Below are positions 1 to 10,974 of a stretch of 64,000 bases of DNA, one piece after another (within the stretch, counting starts at the first letter, position 1; the number at the start of each line of letters is the position of its first letter). Both the position numbers and the translations under genes were made by a program. The notes beneath the pieces are model-generated. The model saw nothing but the letters and a program-made list of their open reading frames with translations. It had not been told where the DNA came from and ran no database searches. The stretch is from a candidate division WS6 bacterium OLB20 (GTDB lineage Bacteria; Patescibacteriota; Dojkabacteria; B142; OLB20), in contig JYNZ01000005.1 in assembly GCA_001567355.1 (NCBI GenBank), forward strand, positions 3,981 to 67,980, read 5' to 3'.

Positions 1-99
1 GGCTGCAGGTAACTGAGAAACAGCAGCAACCCTTCTGAGCCTATCGGCAGTTTTGCAGGGAGGTAAAGGGAAAGTGCCAGCCTCGGGGTCAGCCGGATC

Positions 100-134
100 A
101 TGTACTTTCTGATCATGTCTGAGTAGGATATAAT
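100..134 (+). promoter_or_regulatory. candidate sigma70-type promoter for folD (TATAAT at 129-134, weak -35 about 107-112)
   Basis: TATAAT hexamer 40 nt upstream of the folD ATG; the -35 is weak. Sequence inspection only. Confidence 0.3.
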
Positions 135-173
135 CTATTAGTTATGTAGTAGTGTAGCAACACGCAAAACGAT

Positions 174-1034
174 ATGCAAACCATCAACGGTAAAGAGCTG
201 GCTCAGAATATTCTCGACAGGATCAGTCTTCAGACAAGAGATCTGTCCCGCCCCCCTCACCTGACAATTATTATCAGCGGAGAAAATCCTGCAAGCGAAG
301 TCTACGTGGCCAGAAAGCAGGAAACCGCTGCAACTGTTGGAATTACTACACATCTGATCCGGACTGAAGTCAGCGAATCCGCACTGCTTGAGGCTGTCAG
401 GGCTGCAGGAAACGATGCCGCCACAGACGGCATTATCGTGCAACTGCCGGTACCGGGACTTGATGCGACATCTGTTCTTGCAGCGATTCCAGCAGACAAG
501 GATGTTGACGGGCTGAACCCTCTCAGTCTCGGCAGACTCTACAACGGTAGCGAGACACTCGTATCCGCGACACCGCTGGCAGTTATGGAGGCACTGAGGT
601 TTATCGCAGAATCCGAAGGCCAGTCAGCAACAGAGTATCTCGAAGGCAGACATGCACTGATAATCAACCGGTCAATACTTTTCGGGAAACCGCTTGCTGC
701 TCTGCTCCTTGAGAAGAACGCTACGGTAACAGTCGCACATTCCCGCACACGGGATCTTGCGGAAGTATCATCTCAAGCTGATATCCTCATCAGTGCAACA
801 GGTCAGCACGGTCTGATTACCGGTGATCATATCAGGCAGAACGCTGTAGTAATTGATGCCGGCTTTGCAAAAGAAGATGGCAGAATCTTCGGTGATGTGG
901 ATCCTGAAAGCGTAAGAGCTAAAGCGTCATGGCTGTCACCGGTTCCGGGCGGAATCGGACCGCTTGGAGTTGCAATGCTGATGAATAACACTCTGAAGGC
1001 TGCATTAGCGCACCTTGAGCAGCATCGTTCCTGA
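174..1034 (+). CDS. folD: bifunctional methylenetetrahydrofolate dehydrogenase/cyclohydrolase
   Basis: 286-aa ORF with typical FolD length and motifs (N-term MQTINGKELA, GxSxxVG-like Rossmann region, C-term PVPGGIGP). Confidence 0.85.
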   Translation: MQTINGKELAQNILDRISLQTRDLSRPPHLTIIISGENPASEVYVARKQETAATVGITTHLIRTEVSESALLEAVRAAGNDAATDGIIVQLPVPGLDATSVLAAIPADKDVDGLNPLSLGRLYNGSETLVSATPLAVMEALRFIAESEGQSATEYLEGRHALIINRSILFGKPLAALLLEKNATVTVAHSRTRDLAEVSSQADILISATGQHGLITGDHIRQNAVVIDAGFAKEDGRIFGDVDPESVRAKASWLSPVPGGIGPLGVAMLMNNTLKAALAHLEQHRS

Positions 1035-3188
1035 CTGGCTGTAAAGCGGCTCAAACTGTGACTGCAGCAGCGGCAGATTAATATCCTGATATTTTGTGTA
1101 CTCCTCCTGCCCGATCACAATGTATTCCACCCCATACTGGTCAAGCAGCTGATGCAGCTCAGTAGCCGACTGGGTTGTGTACATCACCCGTACGTCATCC
1201 GCACGGTCAAATGCCAGACGTGCCTCACCCCGCCACTGCCACTCATGTGTCGGCCAGCCCATCACCGTTCTGAATCCGGTATGGGTAGAGATCCTTGCTG
1301 CATAAGTATATGCCTCACCCACAGCCTCAAGTATTACCGGCTGTCCTTCGATATTGGCGTTCATCCAGTCTATCAAAGCATCATCTGCCGGATGGTCAGT
1401 GGTAATCCATGCAGTTCCGTCCAGCGTCCGTTCTATCGGAATATTTGCATTAACCGGATAGAAGTCGTTCACAGCCTTGAATATGTACGACGTGGACATG
1501 CAGAAGAGAATAAAACCTGTCAGGGCAACGGCAGACAGAAGCCGCGGCCGCCCCTTGACAGCAGTCAGTATCCGGAAGAAGAACCAGCTGACCGCAATGC
1601 CCCAGAGCACCCATGCATGGTAGTAAAATTTGAATACCGTGTTTGTCCGGAAATAGTCAGGATTTGAGGTGTAGAAAATATCCTTGAAGAAGAATATCTC
1701 AACCCCCTCGATCAGACAGAATGCCGCGACGGCAAAAAGAGGTGCAACAAACAGAGTCTTTTTATCAGCAAATCTGTTCCAGAGGAGTACGGCAAATCCC
1801 GCCATTGCTGTGATGCGTACGATACTCCATCCGATCAGCCACATGGCGTTCCCCTTTAGTGCTTCAGCATTCGCAGACTCAACTGCAAACATAGCCAGTA
1901 TCACCACGACAACCGCTGCAAGAAGGCCGAGCTGAGAACGTTCGCGCTTTCTCAACACCACAAACGAGGCATACGCAAGCGAACCGATGATAAAGAATCC
2001 CCACATCTGCACCCACGGGACTATCGGGCTTCGCTGATCAAACTGGACAAGTCCCACTCCTCCTACAGCAGGTGTAAAGTTGAAGATGTACGGGAGCATA
2101 AGCAGCAGACCAGGAACTACCAGCGCCAGCTGAAGTCTGACAAAATCCGAAGCAAGTTTTTTCCAGTGGCGTCCTGTCTGATACGCCTGCACAGCATGCA
2201 TTGCTGTAAACAGGAACAGCATTGTGATGATATCCCAGCTGTTGACGCCGTACATGCTGATGATAAACACAGAGATGATCGCAGTAAGTTTCAGTTTTCT
2301 AGCATCGTCAAAAGCCACTCTGGATGATGCAATTAACAGTGCCAGACCCAGAACAAAAAACGGCAGCGAGATATAATGTCCGTGCACGTCACCAAGAACG
2401 ATACTGTAGGCCGGAAACTCATCTATTGCAAAAGGAATGATTCGTGTGGGGTCCGGGAAAAAGTATTTAAAGACTTCACCCGAAAATACACTTTCAATAA
2501 ATTTATACGGGTAATGCAGGTTGCCGCCAAAACTGATCCAGACCGCTCCAAGCAGGGCGGCGTTGTCTGCGATAAAAGATTCCCGTTTTACCGTCAGCCG
2601 TCGGATAATCGCATACACAGAAACAGTAAACTGGGCAATAATCGAAGTCAGTGCAAGGTTATAGACGAGTCCTGTCGAAATGCCCAGCAACTTGGCAATA
2701 AACACATACATATAGTGTCCGAGGTAGTAGTAGTTTATCGTTCCACCTGTGTACCAGGGATCTGCAGGCGGCATATACTCAGTCAGGTTGATTGAGTTCA
2801 TAAATGCCAGGTTCATCATCTTCTCTGTCCCGAAGATATCTGAGTTGTAGGAACGTATTACGCACCAGACCGCAAAAAATATGAAGAACATCAGCTCCTG
2901 AGCGATCATTCCGCGGGTCAGCTTGATTTTACGTTTGCCGATCAGATAGCCTGCCACCGAAACACCGGCGACGACAAAGATGATTACAGACAGCTGGTTG
3001 AATTGAACAATATGCAGAGATGACAGCAGCCATAGCGGCATCGCCACCAGAAACAGACCTATGTAGCGGGCGAATATGTATCCCTTGTCACGCCAGTCAT
3101 GAAAAAGGTACTGGGCAAGCGGAAGCCCGATGATACTCATCAGTATCATCGCTCCATACCAGTAGATAAACGCAGCTGTATCGCTCAT
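1005..3188 (-). CDS. large polytopic membrane protein, DUF2298-like (possible GT-C-fold glycosyltransferase)
   Basis: 727-aa ORF with about 12 or more hydrophobic helices in the N-terminal two-thirds and a soluble C-terminal domain. Recalled resemblance to the DUF2298 family; no experimental homolog identified from memory. Confidence 0.4.
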   Translation of the reverse strand: MSDTAAFIYWYGAMILMSIIGLPLAQYLFHDWRDKGYIFARYIGLFLVAMPLWLLSSLHIVQFNQLSVIIFVVAGVSVAGYLIGKRKIKLTRGMIAQELMFFIFFAVWCVIRSYNSDIFGTEKMMNLAFMNSINLTEYMPPADPWYTGGTINYYYLGHYMYVFIAKLLGISTGLVYNLALTSIIAQFTVSVYAIIRRLTVKRESFIADNAALLGAVWISFGGNLHYPYKFIESVFSGEVFKYFFPDPTRIIPFAIDEFPAYSIVLGDVHGHYISLPFFVLGLALLIASSRVAFDDARKLKLTAIISVFIISMYGVNSWDIITMLFLFTAMHAVQAYQTGRHWKKLASDFVRLQLALVVPGLLLMLPYIFNFTPAVGGVGLVQFDQRSPIVPWVQMWGFFIIGSLAYASFVVLRKRERSQLGLLAAVVVVILAMFAVESANAEALKGNAMWLIGWSIVRITAMAGFAVLLWNRFADKKTLFVAPLFAVAAFCLIEGVEIFFFKDIFYTSNPDYFRTNTVFKFYYHAWVLWGIAVSWFFFRILTAVKGRPRLLSAVALTGFILFCMSTSYIFKAVNDFYPVNANIPIERTLDGTAWITTDHPADDALIDWMNANIEGQPVILEAVGEAYTYAARISTHTGFRTVMGWPTHEWQWRGEARLAFDRADDVRVMYTTQSATELHQLLDQYGVEYIVIGQEEYTKYQDINLPLLQSQFEPLYSQSGTMLLKVR

Positions 3189-3335
3189 GCTTTTACGAAG
3201 TAACAGGTCATGGTATAGTGCAACCAGTTATACTCCTTGTTCATGCTCAAACTCAGTCTGAACGGAACACTTCTATACTGGTCGTAGGCTTATACTATCA
3301 CGAGCCTTTCTTACTTTCCAGATTCATTATTCTCA

Positions 3336-4695
3336 ATGGATACAACATCACTACAACACACAGACCCCGAGCTGTTCGGCATTCTTAAATCAGAAGAAGA
3401 AAAAACAGCAGAACAAGCTGTCAATGATCCCGTCAGAGAACTTTGCCTCAAAGGCTGTCCGTGAGGCGGTTGGATCAGTATTTATGCATAAATACTCAGA
3501 GGGTTACCCGTTCAAACGTTACTACGAGGGCAACTATAACATCGATGACCTTGAGGAACTCGCAAAGACACGGGCAGCAGAACTGTTCAGCATCCCCGAT
3601 GACTGGAGCGTCAATGTGCAGGCATTGTCGGGAAGCCCTGCCAATCTGGCAGTTTATCTGGGTCTCTTGAAACCCGGTGACACAATTATGGGAATGTACC
3701 TTCCTGATGGAGGGCACCTTTCACACGGATGGTCATACGAACCAAAAGAGAAGCAGAATCCTGCCGAGCTGAAATATGAGGGAGGCAGCCGTAAAGTCAA
3801 TGTGACCTCGCAGTTTTACAGGAGTGTTCAGTACAAAACAGACCCCGAAACACAACTGCTGGATTACGACGTAATCGAAAAAATCGCACTGGACGAAAAG
3901 CCCAAACTGATCGTGACCGGAGGCACTGCCTATCCCCGTGAGATTGATTACAGACGCATGAAAGCTATTGCCGAAAAAGCCGGAGCATACTACCTTGCTG
4001 ACATCGCGCACGAAGCCGGTCTGGTTTCAGCCGGGGTAAATGCTTCACCGGTTGGCATTGCAGACGTAGTTACATTTACGACACACAAGACATTGCGCGC
4101 ATCACGCGGAGCGATCATACTCGGACGATCTGAGCTGATGAAACAGATTGACCGTGCTGTCTTTCCGGGCCTGCAGGGCGGTCCGCACAATCACAGTATT
4201 GCCGGTATCGCGGTCGGTCTGCATGAGGCAATGCAGCCGGAGTTTAAAGTGTACGCACAGCAGGTTGTTACCAATGCGCAGACTCTTGCTAAAGCACTGG
4301 CAGAGCATAACTTTTCGATCGTAAGTGGCGGAACAGACAAGCACCTTGTTCTGATCGACCTCACAGGCAAGGGTGTCTTTGGACGCAAATACGCTCGCGC
4401 ACTTGATTACGCGGGTATTATTGCAAACATGAACACCATGCCCCAGGAGACAAGACCACCTGCGGATCCGTCTGCCCTTCGTGTGGGTACCCCGTGGATC
4501 ACCACCCGCGGACTGAAAGAAGAACATATGTGGCAGATCGCGGACTGGATGAACCGGGTGATGGAACAGGTTGCAGGATACGACTCTGAGCTTGAATTTG
4601 AGGACTTTGACAAACGAGCGGCATCAGATAAGGAGCTTGCAGGCATTGCTGACGAAGTCAGATCGCTTTGCAAAAAGTACCCGCTGGAAATCTGA
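3336..4695 (+). CDS. glyA: serine hydroxymethyltransferase; N-terminal 29 codons are in another frame, with an apparent 1-nt indel in the A6 run at 3400-3405
   Basis: The 3424..4695 ORF is an SHMT core (SENF, YSEGYP, PLP-Lys region TTHKTLRG). The upstream frame from the ATG at 3336 encodes the canonical SHMT N-terminus MDTTSLQHTDPELFGILKSEEEK. The two frames join at the GAAGAAGAAAAAACAG homopolymer to give ...EEEKKQQNKLSMIPSENF, matching the consensus ...ERQ..IELIASENF. Confidence 0.8.
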
Positions 4696-5403
4696 TCAGA
4701 GGCCGTTTTCTGTCCTGACAAGCCAGTCTTCCACCTTGACCGGTGTTTTCACTGCAAAGTCCAGCGCATTAGCCGGAGGGTGCATTGGTGATGTCGCCTG
4801 CCAGACAGCAACAAGCAGTACATATATTACTCCCATCAGAACAGGTGCAACCAATGCAACCGTAAGAGGATGGACCCTGCCTGCTCTGCTCTGCTTCTCT
4901 TCAGCTTCAGGTGTAAGTCCGCTGACACTGTAAAGCAGTGGAAGCATGACCATGCCAAGTCCCACTCCCCACAGGGTGCCCGTAAGCATTCGCATCAGAT
5001 TTGTGCTCATATACAGCGGGTCAGCAGATACATATCCGAAGATGGTTGCAACCGTCTGTATTACTCCATCAAGAGCGATCGGGACAGTAAACGGAATAAT
5101 CCAGTACCAGGGCATGGGCTTGATACCTTTAAACCTTACAATCAGAGCAACGAGAAGAAACGATCCCCAGATAAATACATCCCTCGTGCACCAGGCGACC
5201 TGATGATCAAAGATGTGAATGCTGCGCCAGTCAAACTGATGACACAGAAACGAGTACACCCGGTAAATAATTTCAGCGGGAAGTTCCCAGCCGATATGTG
5301 CAAATACCGGAGCAAGAAATGGCGCTGCGTTGAGAACGACGAGGAAGCCCAGAAACAGATCGAAAAAATGTGCACTGACAAACAGGTCAAGACGCTTGAG
5401 CAT
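4696..5403 (-). CDS. DUF2085-like integral membrane protein (CHQ motif)
   Basis: 235-aa ORF with multiple TM helices and the CHQFDWRS motif, which resembles the DUF2085 signature as recalled. Confidence 0.45.
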   Translation of the reverse strand: MLKRLDLFVSAHFFDLFLGFLVVLNAAPFLAPVFAHIGWELPAEIIYRVYSFLCHQFDWRSIHIFDHQVAWCTRDVFIWGSFLLVALIVRFKGIKPMPWYWIIPFTVPIALDGVIQTVATIFGYVSADPLYMSTNLMRMLTGTLWGVGLGMVMLPLLYSVSGLTPEAEEKQSRAGRVHPLTVALVAPVLMGVIYVLLVAVWQATSPMHPPANALDFAVKTPVKVEDWLVRTENGL

Positions 5404-7023
5404 TACGGATATCCTTTATATGTAACTGCAACGCGGTTCTGCCCTGCCAGGTGTTTTCTGCGAGGCTGCCGACAACGTCAATACTATCACATGCACTGAC
5501 ATCCTGAAACAGATCACCTTTACCAAAACCAAGCAGTTCCAGTTCATGAGTCCCGTCGCTCACTCTGCACTTAAGATGGTCCCTGTCTCGACCGATCGTC
5601 CGGCAGTCGGTAAGCCTCAGGCCCGACAGCTGAAATACAGGCTTGGGGTTTGCCATTCCAAACGGCTCAAGCCGTGCCAGCTGGGTGACAAGATCAGATG
5701 TGACATCCGCCAGGCTGATCTGGGCATCGACCTTGAGCAGCCGCTCACGTAACTCATCTGTCAGAGCCTCGGTTGCGGACTGAAGCAGGATGGACTTGAA
5801 CTCCTCAAGATTATCACGATGCAGTGTAAAACCAGCTGCCTGTGCGTGACCGCCATAACGCATCAGGATATGTGCGGCCCGCTCGATAGCGGCAGTTATG
5901 TCAAAACCGGGAATACTGCGTGCTGATCCCTTTACTGTTGTGCCACTTACGCTGGCTGCTAGTGCTGGCCGGTAATACCGGTCACTGATCTTTCCTGCAA
6001 CAAGCCCGACCACACCTTCTGACCAGCCGTCAGCATGCACGAACAGCAGATCAGAAGAAACATCCTTCAGCTGCTGGTCCGCCTCTGCAAGCATTGTCTG
6101 CGTCAGCTGCTGCCGCTCCGAATTAAGCCGGTCAAGCCGTTGCGCAAGTGACCTGATGGCATCAGCATTGCGGGTGGTAAACAGCCTCACACCATCAAGC
6201 GCATGGGCGATCCTTCCACCGGCATTAATGCGCGGACCGATGGTAAAGCCGAGATGATACGCCTCTGCCTCACGGTGTGATACTCCTGCAATTTCAAACA
6301 GAGCCCTGAGACCTGGATTCGGTTCTGTTCTCATTCTTCTCAAACCGAGCGATACAAGCAGCCTGTTTTCGCCTGTCAGCGGCATCACGTCGCAGACGGT
6401 TGCCAGGGCCACAAGATCCAGGTATTCATCTTCATCGGGCTCTGTCTTCAGGAGTCTGCTATGTCGTGCCGTTATGGCAAGCTGTTGTACAAGTTTCCAT
6501 GCTACTGCTGCTCCGCAGATGTCGCGTCGGGATATGGTGTTTCGGGGTGCCCGGGATGCACAACAGCTGCAGCTGAGACCGGGACGCCCTCGGGAGGCAA
6601 TGTGTGATGATCAGTGATGACAAACTCCAGTCTGCCCGCAAATTTGCTGACAAGTCCCTCATCCCGAATGCCGCAGTCAACTGTTATCACAAGCCCGGTG
6701 CCGCTATCCGCAAGGTCCTGCAGCGCATCCGCATTCATTCCATACCCCTCATCAAACCTGTCCGGGATATACGGAACAACCTCGGCTCCCAGCTTTCGGT
6801 AGAGAAAATCAAAGAGTATCGAGGTTGCACATACACCATCAACATCGTAGTCGCCGAACACAGCAATCTTCGTACCTGCTTTTACTGCAGCCAGTATCAG
6901 ATCTGCAGCTTTTTCGACCTCACCCAGTCCTGCAGGAGCAAGCAGTAACGACTGATCAGCAGTCAGAAAAACGTTTAAGTTCTGCTTCTGTGCGTATGCC
7001 ACGGTTCCATACGATTTGCGCAA
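5387..7023 (-). CDS. recJ: single-stranded-DNA-specific exonuclease RecJ, split into two ORFs (6502..7023 and 5387..6412) by a frameshift near 6520-6540
   Basis: The upstream ORF carries the DHH domain (DYDVDGV, ITDHH). The downstream ORF carries ...LVALATVCDVMPLTGENR and the DHHA1 region. Manual translation shows the third frame reads ...DICGAAVAWKLVQQL..., matching the RecJ consensus YPF..LCGAGVAFKL, so the gene is continuous except for a 1-nt frame change. Confidence 0.75.
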
Positions 7024-7127
7024 TCAGAGGATGGACGCCGAATCCGGCAATATATTCTGAAGGGATTTTATCTGCAGTTACCCAACGCATAGACCACTAT
7101 AACATCCGCATCTTAAGCAGGGGCAAA

Positions 7128-7805
7128 TCAGGTTTCGGGGTCAGGAGTATTGAGGTACGCGCGAAAGCGCTTAATCCCCATGACTATAAGGATGACGATT
7201 ACCGAGACGGCAAAGATCACAACTGCCCAGTTAAGAACTGTTGAGATGATCTTTGAACGCTGATACTCGGCACTCTGAGGGATCAGTTCCATATCAGGTG
7301 TAAAGGTACCTTCAACATTGGTAGCACTGAGGTAGTTAACATCCTGCACAAAGGCATTTACACGGACACCGATTTCGACCCGCTTGTTGTTAGAATTAAT
7401 AACACGCAGTCCCTCACGGGGGACAAATTCCTTGGTAAATGTGGTCACCTGCCCCTCCCGCACCGATACAACATCCCGCAGCGGTCCCTGAATCAGGAAC
7501 AGTGTGGACGGATACTCCCAGTCCAGACTGACACGGTCCGAAGTAATCTGCGAATCAATGGTTACATTTACCCTGATTCGCTTATCAGGCCACTGCTGAA
7601 CAGGGTCAATCGTAAGAGCAGGTTTTAGGGCAGGGTCAATGATCTCCTGTGTTTCACCTACACCGTACTCATCAACTTCGATATCCTCCTGGGCGATTAC
7701 CAGCTGTATCGTCACAAGCGACAGAGCAAGAACAAGTACAGTTGCAGTTGTAAGCAATTTAAACATTCGTGGTGCTATGGTTGTGGTATGGGTCAGAAGG
7801 TTCAA
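7128..7805 (-). CDS. hypothetical membrane-anchored protein
   Basis: 225-aa ORF with an N-terminal hydrophobic segment and a C-terminal TM helix; no recognisable domain. Confidence 0.4.
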   Translation of the reverse strand: MNLLTHTTTIAPRMFKLLTTATVLVLALSLVTIQLVIAQEDIEVDEYGVGETQEIIDPALKPALTIDPVQQWPDKRIRVNVTIDSQITSDRVSLDWEYPSTLFLIQGPLRDVVSVREGQVTTFTKEFVPREGLRVINSNNKRVEIGVRVNAFVQDVNYLSATNVEGTFTPDMELIPQSAEYQRSKIISTVLNWAVVIFAVSVIVILIVMGIKRFRAYLNTPDPET

Positions 7806-7825
7806 CGAACCATGATTACTGACCT

Positions 7826-9259
7826 TTATGATAAGCGCTTTTGCAGGATGCGGTCAACAGATTTAGGATCAGCACTGCCTTTTGTCTCCCGCATAACCTG
7901 CCCGAGCAGAAACTTGACGGCATTCGGATTTTTTGCGGCATCTGCAACAACCTTCGGATTAGCAGCAATAACAGCATCAACAACCGACTCAAGAGCCGAC
8001 TCGTCAGATACCACTTCAAGCCCTTCCCGCTCGACGATTTCTTCCGCAGTGCCACCTTCACGGTACATTCTCTCCAGAACCTGTTTTGCAAGCGTGCCTG
8101 AGAGCCTGCCGCTCTGCAGCATCACGACAAGTGACCGTAACTGCTCAGGTGCGACTTTAACCTGGGACAGACCGATCCTGTCTGCCTTCATCAGACCGAA
8201 CAGGTCTCCTATCATCCATTTTGCAATCTCCTTTGCTGTTTTCTTTTCGGATACACCTGTGACTGCCTGCTCAAACCACTCTGCACGCTTTCGTGAGGCA
8301 ATGATCACTTCTGCAGTGTCAGGCTCGATACCGAAGTCGTTGAAATACCGTGATTTTTTATGCTGCGGCAGCTCCGTAAGCTCAGAACGAATCTCCTCGA
8401 TATAATGTTCATCAAACTGCAGCGGTGGAATATCCGGCTCGGGGAAGTAACGATAATCGTCAGCATCCTCCTTCAGTCTCTGCGCTACCGTTTCTCCAGT
8501 CATATCCCTGAGCCCCCTGGTCTCCTGAAGTGGCGTTTTGCCCCCGGCAAGAATTGCCGCCTGACGTTTTGTTTCAAAAGCGATCACTTTTTCAAGTACG
8601 GAGATCGAGCCGATATTTTTTACCTCCACTTTATAGTCGGGCAGCCCGTCAGAACCGGCCTCACGCAGGGACATGTTCAGCTCAAATCTCATCTGTCCTT
8701 TTTCCATATCAGCATCACTGATATCCAGATAGCGAACAGTCTGCCGCAGGCGTTTGGCAAACTGCAGGACCTCATCAACCGATACAAAGTCAGGTTCAGT
8801 CACTACCTCAATCAGCGGAACTCCTGCCTTGTTGAAGTCAAGCAGCGTGAGATCGCCGTCATGCATCGACTTACCGGTATCCTCCTCAAGATGAATACGT
8901 CTGATCCTTATCCTGCGATCGTCTCCGTCCACATCAACCTCCATAAATCCTTCATAGCCTATCGGCAAATCGTACTGTGAGATCTGATAACCCTTGGGCA
9001 GATCAGGATAAAAGTAGTTTTTACGGTCAAACTTGCTGTGCATATTTATACTGCAATCGAGAGTCAGGGCCAGCCGGATACATTTTCTGACCGCAAGCCT
9101 GTTTGGCACCGGTAACGCACCGGGCAAACCGAGGGTTACAGGATCAACGAATGTGTTGGGTTCATGATTGAAGTAATCAGCACGCACTCTGCTGAACATT
9201 TTTGTTTTAGTTTTTACCTGCAGATGAATCTCCAGGCCGATTACAGGTTCGTATGTCAT
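7826..9259 (-). CDS. gatB: aspartyl/glutamyl-tRNA(Asn/Gln) amidotransferase subunit B
   Basis: 477 aa with the typical GatB N-terminus MTYEPVIGLEIHLQ and a GatB/YqeY C-terminal domain. Its stop overlaps the gatA start (ATGA). Confidence 0.9.
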   Translation of the reverse strand: MTYEPVIGLEIHLQVKTKTKMFSRVRADYFNHEPNTFVDPVTLGLPGALPVPNRLAVRKCIRLALTLDCSINMHSKFDRKNYFYPDLPKGYQISQYDLPIGYEGFMEVDVDGDDRRIRIRRIHLEEDTGKSMHDGDLTLLDFNKAGVPLIEVVTEPDFVSVDEVLQFAKRLRQTVRYLDISDADMEKGQMRFELNMSLREAGSDGLPDYKVEVKNIGSISVLEKVIAFETKRQAAILAGGKTPLQETRGLRDMTGETVAQRLKEDADDYRYFPEPDIPPLQFDEHYIEEIRSELTELPQHKKSRYFNDFGIEPDTAEVIIASRKRAEWFEQAVTGVSEKKTAKEIAKWMIGDLFGLMKADRIGLSQVKVAPEQLRSLVVMLQSGRLSGTLAKQVLERMYREGGTAEEIVEREGLEVVSDESALESVVDAVIAANPKVVADAAKNPNAVKFLLGQVMRETKGSADPKSVDRILQKRLS

Positions 9260-10665
9260 CGTGAAGTCTGATAAAAGTGCGCTGCGTTAAACAGTGTCTG
9301 CTCATCAAACCGTTTAGCCATAAGCTGCAGTCCTACGGGCATATCACCTGCCCCCATTCCGCACGGGATACTGATTGCAGGACAGCCGGTAAGGTTTGCT
9401 GTTACCGTATAGATGTCACTGAGATACATCTGCAGGAGATTATTGACCAGTTCACCCAGTTTAAATGCCACCGAGGGAGCAGTCGGTCCTGCGATCAGAT
9501 CATAGGACTTGAAAACAGTTTCGATCTCTTTTGTCAGTTTGACACGTACTTTTAGTGCAGTATTGTAAAACTGGTCAGCATACCCGGCACTGAGCGCATA
9601 GGTCCCTATCATTACACGGCGTTTGACCTCGTCTTCCATGTATGCGCCTCTTGTTTTTCTCAGGTTCTCATCATAGTCGGCAAAATCCTTATGTCCAAAT
9701 CGCACGCCATCGTACCGGGCCATGTTTGAAGAAATCTCAGACGGAACCAGAACGTAGTACATTGCGATGGCATATTTAAGGATCGGCAGTGAAACCCGTT
9801 CCACCGTTGCTCCTGCTTTTCTGTATTTCTCCAGTGCTTCTTCAACTCGCTGCTCAACAAGGGGTTCGATTCCTTCGGAAAAATACTCCTCAGGAACTGC
9901 AATCCTCAACCCGCTGACACTTTCTTTGAGATCCCGTGAATATGCCGGTACAGGCATATCGTACGTTGTAGCATCATTACTGTCCTTTCCTGCAAGCACT
10001 TCTTCTACAAGTGCGACATCTTCAACAGAGTTACCAAGAACACCGACCGTATCAAACGATGATGCCATGGCTATCAGACCGTAGCGTGAATTGCGGCCGT
10101 AGGTGGGTTTGAAACCGGTCACCCCAACAAATGCAGAGGGCTGGCGAACGCTTCCACCGGTGTCAGTCCCGAGTGCAAACATTCCAATTCCTGCTGCCTG
10201 TGCGGCTGCAGCACCCGAACTTGATCCGCCGGGGACACGTTCGCGGTCAAGGGGATTGAGTGCAGGTCCGAAGCCGGAGTTTTCGCCGCTGCCACCGAAG
10301 GCAAACGGGTCAGAGTTGGTTTTGCCGATTATCACAGCACCGGCAGCTTCAATACGCTCTACTGCTGTTGCCGAATAGGGAGCAATAAAATTCTCGAGCA
10401 GCCGCGACGATGCTGTTGTCCTGATATCCTTTGTCATAATCACGTCCTTGACCGTGCATGGTATCCCAGCCAGCACTCCAGGATCTTCACCTCGCGCCAC
10501 CATTTCGTCAATCTGTTTTGCACGCTCAATGGCCTGGTCAATGACAGTGATAAACGCATTGAGTTCCTTACCTGTCGTGTGAGCTGCCTTAAGGTGTTCA
10601 GCAGCAAGATCGACTGCTTTCAATTCACCTGAGCGGATTTTGGCTGCCGTTTCACTGATAGTCAT
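9256..10665 (-). CDS. gatA: glutamyl-tRNA(Gln) amidotransferase subunit A (amidase signature family)
   Basis: 469 aa with the amidase signature GGSSSGAAAAQAAG and Ser-cisSer-Lys triad context. Sits in gatC-gatA-gatB order. Confidence 0.9.
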   Translation of the reverse strand: MTISETAAKIRSGELKAVDLAAEHLKAAHTTGKELNAFITVIDQAIERAKQIDEMVARGEDPGVLAGIPCTVKDVIMTKDIRTTASSRLLENFIAPYSATAVERIEAAGAVIIGKTNSDPFAFGGSGENSGFGPALNPLDRERVPGGSSSGAAAAQAAGIGMFALGTDTGGSVRQPSAFVGVTGFKPTYGRNSRYGLIAMASSFDTVGVLGNSVEDVALVEEVLAGKDSNDATTYDMPVPAYSRDLKESVSGLRIAVPEEYFSEGIEPLVEQRVEEALEKYRKAGATVERVSLPILKYAIAMYYVLVPSEISSNMARYDGVRFGHKDFADYDENLRKTRGAYMEDEVKRRVMIGTYALSAGYADQFYNTALKVRVKLTKEIETVFKSYDLIAGPTAPSVAFKLGELVNNLLQMYLSDIYTVTANLTGCPAISIPCGMGAGDMPVGLQLMAKRFDEQTLFNAAHFYQTSR

Positions 10666-10955
10666 TACTGGATATTGCCTGTAATAAACGTACTGCCCTT
10701 TTTCCGGTTGTGACTGTTTTTAAAGGTATCTTCAGGAAGCATGGGATCAACCGGCACGTCCTCCTGCAAAACTGTATCGTTAAAGTCATCCACATGCGAA
10801 GCGTAACTTATATCACTTGTATCAACCTCTCTCAGCTGTGCAGCATAGTCGATAATTGGCGACAGTTCAGCGGAAAAACGTTCCAGCTCGGCATCGTTCA
10901 ATTCGATACGAGCGAGGTCTGCGATCTTCTTCAGTTCTGCTGGTGTTACATTCAT
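10665..10955 (-). CDS. gatC: glutamyl-tRNA(Gln) amidotransferase subunit C
   Basis: 96 aa, N-terminus MNVTPAELKKIADLARIEL typical of GatC; stop overlaps the gatA start. Confidence 0.85.
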   Translation of the reverse strand: MNVTPAELKKIADLARIELNDAELERFSAELSPIIDYAAQLREVDTSDISYASHVDDFNDTVLQEDVPVDPMLPEDTFKNSHNRKKGSTFITGNIQ

Positions 10956-10974
10956 AGTCCGATACTAGCATATT

